From the human T2T-CHM13v2.0 reference genome, Homo sapiens: a stretch of DNA of 64,000 nucleotides. Numbering within the stretch: the stretch's first letter is position 1; the number at the start of each line of letters is the position of its first letter. Positions 59,520 through 64,000 of this stretch are shown in pieces. Below the pieces are notes generated by a model. It was given only the letters and a program-made list of their open reading frames with translations, did no database searches and was not told where the DNA came from. The DNA lies in NCBI RefSeq assembly GCF_009914755.1, contig NC_060945.1, one strand, 5' to 3'. A program made the position numbers and the translations under genes.

Positions 59520-60900
59520 CAGATAGCTTGTGGCGGGGTAATCCTCGGTCCGGCCCCATACAGGACAGAAATAAAATCGCCATTTCAGCTCCGGGCGCAG
59601 CTGGAGGAGGCTGACGCCCCCTAGTTAGGGGAAGGCTGTGGGTGACCGAGAAGGAACTTTTCCCGTTTTCTATTCAAATGAAATGAGGGTGGCGGTCGCA
59701 GCAGGGAGAGAGGAGCGAGGGGAGTTTTCCCGGCGGGGCTGGGGGGTCCACAGCGGCGCGGCCACGCTCAGCCCAGCGCTGGCTTAGGAGGGACGGGCTG
59801 CGTGGGGAGGCGACGGCTCCGGGCCGAAGGGGGTCGCTCAGGGCTCTGCACAGCTGTCCAGGGGGCATCGGGAGATAGGCAGCCGACCGGGGGCTGGAGT
59901 CAAGGGAAGAAGAAAGAGGGGGAAGGGAGGTGCAGGGAGTGAAGAGGAGGGGAGAGAGGAGAGACGGGGGAGGGAGGGGGGAGGGGGGAGGGGGGAGGGG
60001 GAGGGGCGGGCGGGCGGCCGGGAGGAGGAGCGCGCGAGCCGGAGTCGGAGCCCGAGCCCGAGCGCGAGCCGAGCGGAGGAGACCCTGCGGCACGCGGCGG
60101 CGGCTCCCGGGCGTCCCGGGCCCGGTGGCGGCGCGGCTGTGGTTGGCTGAGCGCCGCGGGCCGCCCCCCGCCCGCCCCCTCCCCTGCTCCCCTCCCCCGC
60201 CTCCCGCGGCGGCTGGCGTCGGGAAAGTACAGTAAAAAGTCCGAGTGCAGCCGCCGGGCGCAGGATGGGATCCGGCTCCTCCAGCTACCGGCCCAAGGCC
60301 ATCTACCTGGACATCGATGGACGCATTCAGAAGGTAGCCCCTCCCCCACCCAGACACCCCCTCCTCCCCCCGGGTGACAGCGCCGGGGCCGGGCGCGGCG
60401 GGGCGGGACTGTCCGTGCGTCTGCCGGTCCAGGCTGCGGCCTCCGTGCGCTCCGCCAGCTCTGGTCGGGGGCGGGGGTCCCCACGCGCCGGCTCCCCGGG
60501 GAAAGGGGCGACTCGCCCTGGGGGGTGGGGGGTGGGGGGGCGGGCTAGTGTTTCCGTTTCACAGGCAGAGCTTTTCTTTTTGAAAATCTGATTAGGCTGA
60601 GTTTTTACATTCAAGGGCTGGCACATGAAGCCTTTAATTTCCGGTGGATCGGCCCGCCGGGCAGCCCCGGGGTCGTGGTCCGCGGAGGGGGCGAGCAGCC
60701 GCCGCTTCCTGTCGCGCGGGGGCAGGTGCGGGGGGCGCCGGCGGGGACACTGCTCCCCCGCAGGTGAGTAGCTCCGACTGCAGAGGGGGACTCGGGCCGC
60801 TGCACCTCCGGGGCCCCGCGGAGAGCCTGGGGGGCAGCGGGTCCGGCTCTCCCCTGCTGTGCGGAGATAGGAAGTCCCTCGAATGTCCAGCGTTCCTAGC
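59520..60900 (+). promoter_or_regulatory. PDE9A: CpG-island, TATA-less promoter and 5'UTR of PDE9A
   Basis: Very high GC and CpG density. GC-box/Sp-KLF-like tracts at 60160-60205 (GCCCCCCGCCCGCCCCCTCCCC) and a G-tract at 59940-60015 lie just upstream of the ATG exon. Confidence 0.9.
60265..60333 (+). CDS. PDE9A: PDE9A first coding exon (cGMP-specific phosphodiesterase 9A N-terminus, 23 codons)
   Basis: ATG at 60265 in AGGATGG context. Translation [23 protein letters not shown] matches the PDE9A N-terminus as I recall it. Donor AAG|GTAGCC at 60334, phase 0. The rest of the 108-aa ORF is intronic read-through. Confidence 0.97.
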
Positions 60901-61544
60901 GGACTTGAGTTACACGGGAGAGGGGTTCAGAATAGACCCCCTTTGTTCGTGGCCCCCTCTGACGGGCAGGGAGGGACAATGAGCGCGCCGGCTTGGAAGG
61001 GGCTCTCATGAGCTCCCCCTAAAGTCCCCAGGGAAAAGCCATTGTGAGGAAATCCCTCAAACCTCAGCTGGGCGTTTCAGGAAGCCCTTGCAGCTGCTTC
61101 TCACCTTTCTGCCCACGGAGTACTCCACTGAAGGAGGCCAGGGAGAGATGCCCCAGCCAGGCACAGAGCAGGTGCCGGCCAGGCTTGAGTCTTTCCTGTT
61201 CCCAGAGGTGCATTTGGCCAGTTTAATCAGTAGATTTAAGCCAACAAGCCTCCCTCACCCTGTGCCCGGCTTGATCCCCGTGAAATGGAAAGTACAGCCC
61301 TCTCCCACCGTAGCCCGCTTTGAGAGACTCAGATAACCGGGAGGAGGAAGCATCTTCAAGGACAGGTGGTCACCCCCTTATTTAATCAGTGCTGGGCAGC
61401 TGGGCAGCTGGGCAGCGGCAGACGCACAACTAGACCCAGGTCCCTGACTCCAGGACTAGGCGTCTGCAATTGCATGGGACTGTAACAGCCTCCTTTCTCC
61501 CCAAAGGAAGGAGTGGCCCTCCCTTGAATATGTCACTGCACCAG

Positions 61545-61682
61545 CATGCACACTCACACACACACACACATGCTCCAATGCTCACACATCCACTCACAAA
61601 CACACACACGCACACACGTGCATACACACACGTGCACATGAGCACACAGACATGCACACCACATAGGCACATGCACACACAC
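61545..61682. repeat. Imperfect (CA)n tract in PDE9A intron 1
   Basis: Seen directly. Confidence 0.9.
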
Positions 61683-64000
61683 TTTTTCTGCCCGATAGAT
61701 GAGAATGTATCAAAGACCTGCCTTTAAAAGCAAAAGTCTTTTTAAAGTGAGTTGTCACCAGATCAACAGTAGCAGGTCCGTCCTAAGAACTTCCTAAAGA
61801 TGTCCCGGGAGCAGCTCTCTTGGAAGCAGGTGAAAAGTGGAGGAGAGCTTCAGGAGGGGTGGGAGGAGGACGCTGGGCATGGCAGGCCAGGCTGTTATTG
61901 TGGGCAGGGTAGCTTTTCACAGTGGACACGCTGAGGTTGGGGTGATCTCCAGAAAAGCAGCCTGCAGGTGGGCCCTGGGGAAGACATGGCATGTGGCACC
62001 TTTGCGGGGGAGAGGCGGATTGACTGCCAGCTCTACCACTTCCTGTACCACGAGCAAGCCCCTGGGCTCCCCAAGCTGGCATCCCCGTCCATAAAGAAGG
62101 GATAATAAAATCTGCTTTATAGACTGGAATGAGAAGGGAATGAGTGAATGTAAACACTGCCTGGAACACTGCAGAACACGATGAGCATTATTCTTCCCTC
62201 AGTTCCTTCCATAAACGTCCTTTTGTGGTGCAAACAGGGAGGCGCCAGACGGGTCTCCAACCCCCACCCCGCCCCCCATCTCCACGAGGTCTGTTGCTTG
62301 CTCCTGAGCTGCCCCCGCCCTCTGCCCCTTGCTGTGAACCCCGTTGGAAGCTCCTAGCTGGACTGTGAGTCCTGGTTGAAGCTGAATCGTTTGCCCAAGC
62401 CATGTGCCGGGCAAAGCATGATAACTTCTCGCTCACCTCCCAGGCTGCACACCCAGCAGTGCTGTCACGGATGGGTTGCACCGGGCTCAGCTGAGAGCAC
62501 TTTCAGTGCCGCTGCCATCAGCCGCCATTCCTTCTCTTAAAGTACCAGGCACTGGGTAAATCCTGGAATTTCCAGCGTGAATCTGTCTCCCTGCCATCCG
62601 CCCCATCTCCTCTCCATCAAAGGTCATGGAAACAAACCCATGTTGCTTCCTAGGAGGGAGCCCTGGGGGTCACTGGGTGCAGGAGATAAGGGATGTGTTG
62701 CTTTCCGTCACTGTGTTCGTCGGCACCACCTGGCCATGAGTCCTGGCGATGGGCACACCCGCCCCTTCGTTATCTCTGCTCTTTGTCCCTCTGGTTACCT
62801 GACCCCTGGCCATCTCAGTTTCCCCCTGAGACCGCAGAGACGGGGAGGAAGGAGGGAACATTAGAAACTGGGGGTTCTGCCGAGTTCTGTGCTCCGGCAA
62901 AGCTCCAGGTTGACAATCTGAAGTTGTCTGAGGGAGGCCCCGGGCAGCAAGTGCCGGTGTCTCCTGGCTTGGCCTTACCTGTGCAGGTAACCCTGCAGAC
63001 ATGCCCAGTGATTCAGAGGAGCCGCTGCAGCCACTTGGCGCCAGGCCAATGCTTTATTTATATGAAGAAAACTCCAGACACGCACAGGTGTCACATCACC
63101 AGAGTGACACAGTGGGAGTCAGCAACAGGAATTTGGGGGATTGTCTTCCCTCCTCAGGAGCTTTTCCTTCAGAGGTTGTGCAGAGGAAGCTGGGCGTGTG
63201 AAGTGAGTCGGAGGTTGCCTCCTGAGCCCTACACGAAGGCAGGACTCTGTGCCCTGGAGTCCAACTGAGGCTCCGTTTTCAGTGCTCCCCTCTCATCTCG
63301 AGAACCTTGGGTCAGTTACTTCACTCTGTGCCCCTGTGCTGCTGTGCTAATAATTAAATGGGATAAGGCAGATTGCCTGGTCAATGAGCCCGCCGTGTTT
63401 ATTGAGCATCTACTATGTGCTGAGTGCTGGGGTCCATGGGAAGCTGAGTGCTGGCGGAATGGGAAGGCAACTACAAATGATAAACAGCAGCAGACGTTGC
63501 AGGCTGGGTGGGCCAGCCCCGTGTGGGGCCTGATGAACAGGTTTTTTTCCCTGACGATCGGCTTTGCAGGCTTTGTGGGCTTTGTGGGGAAGGAGCCCTT
63601 TGTGCAGAACTGGTAGCCATGAGGATGGCCTGGTGAGAAGCTGCTGAAGGGCTGGGGACAGCCTCCACCCAGCCAGCAGCATCTGCACCGGCCTGTTCCC
63701 GTCATCTGTTCCTTGGCTTGCCAGGGTGCACAGATCAGGACTTGGCACTTCCCCAGCACCAGGTGAAGCCCTCCTGTCACCCCCAACCCCGTGTCTAGAC
63801 CCTCAGGTGGGCTGTTAAAGAAGGGGAGAGGTGGAAGCCAGGTCCCCAAACCTAGGGTGCTGAGGTCCTTGCTTCAGAGAGACTGTGTCCTCTAGGAGCT
63901 GAAGCGCTTCGTCTTTCCCCAGAGGATTCGTTTTTTCCTTTCCTCAGCTGCCCCTACCCTGGGGGGCCCTGGCTGCAGCACCTGCTCCTTTCTCTTGCCT

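Noticed and set aside
59674-60484. 227- and 194-aa antisense ORFs
   Set aside because: Stop-poor GC-rich CpG island; low-complexity Pro/Arg/Gly.
60334-60591. Continuation of the 108-aa PDE9A ORF
   Set aside because: Intron read-through past the donor at 60334.

Overview
Human-type (primate) genomic DNA. I recognise it as chr21q22.3, the interval upstream of PDE9A: the CpG-island promoter and first coding exon of PDE9A ([23 protein letters not shown]|GT) lie at ~59.5-60.9 kb. The rest is repeat-dense: about 20 Alus, many ERV1/ERVL/MaLR LTRs (several nested, with readable target-site duplications), decayed ERVL pol remnants, L1/L2/MIR and DNA-transposon fossils, and four large tandem or low-complexity arrays. 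Almost all ORFs in the track are artefacts of these repeats. The most interesting unexplained signal is a chain of eight + strand segments between 25.6 and 43.1 kb, bounded by AG/GT splice dinucleotides and joining in compatible phase into about 650 codons with scattered stops and one frameshift. I interpret it as a candidate decayed protein-coding gene (unitary pseudogene), not identified to family. A ~205-bp inverted repeat with a near-identical core overlaps two of its splice donors. Repeat subfamily names come from recalled consensus sequences, not from a database search.
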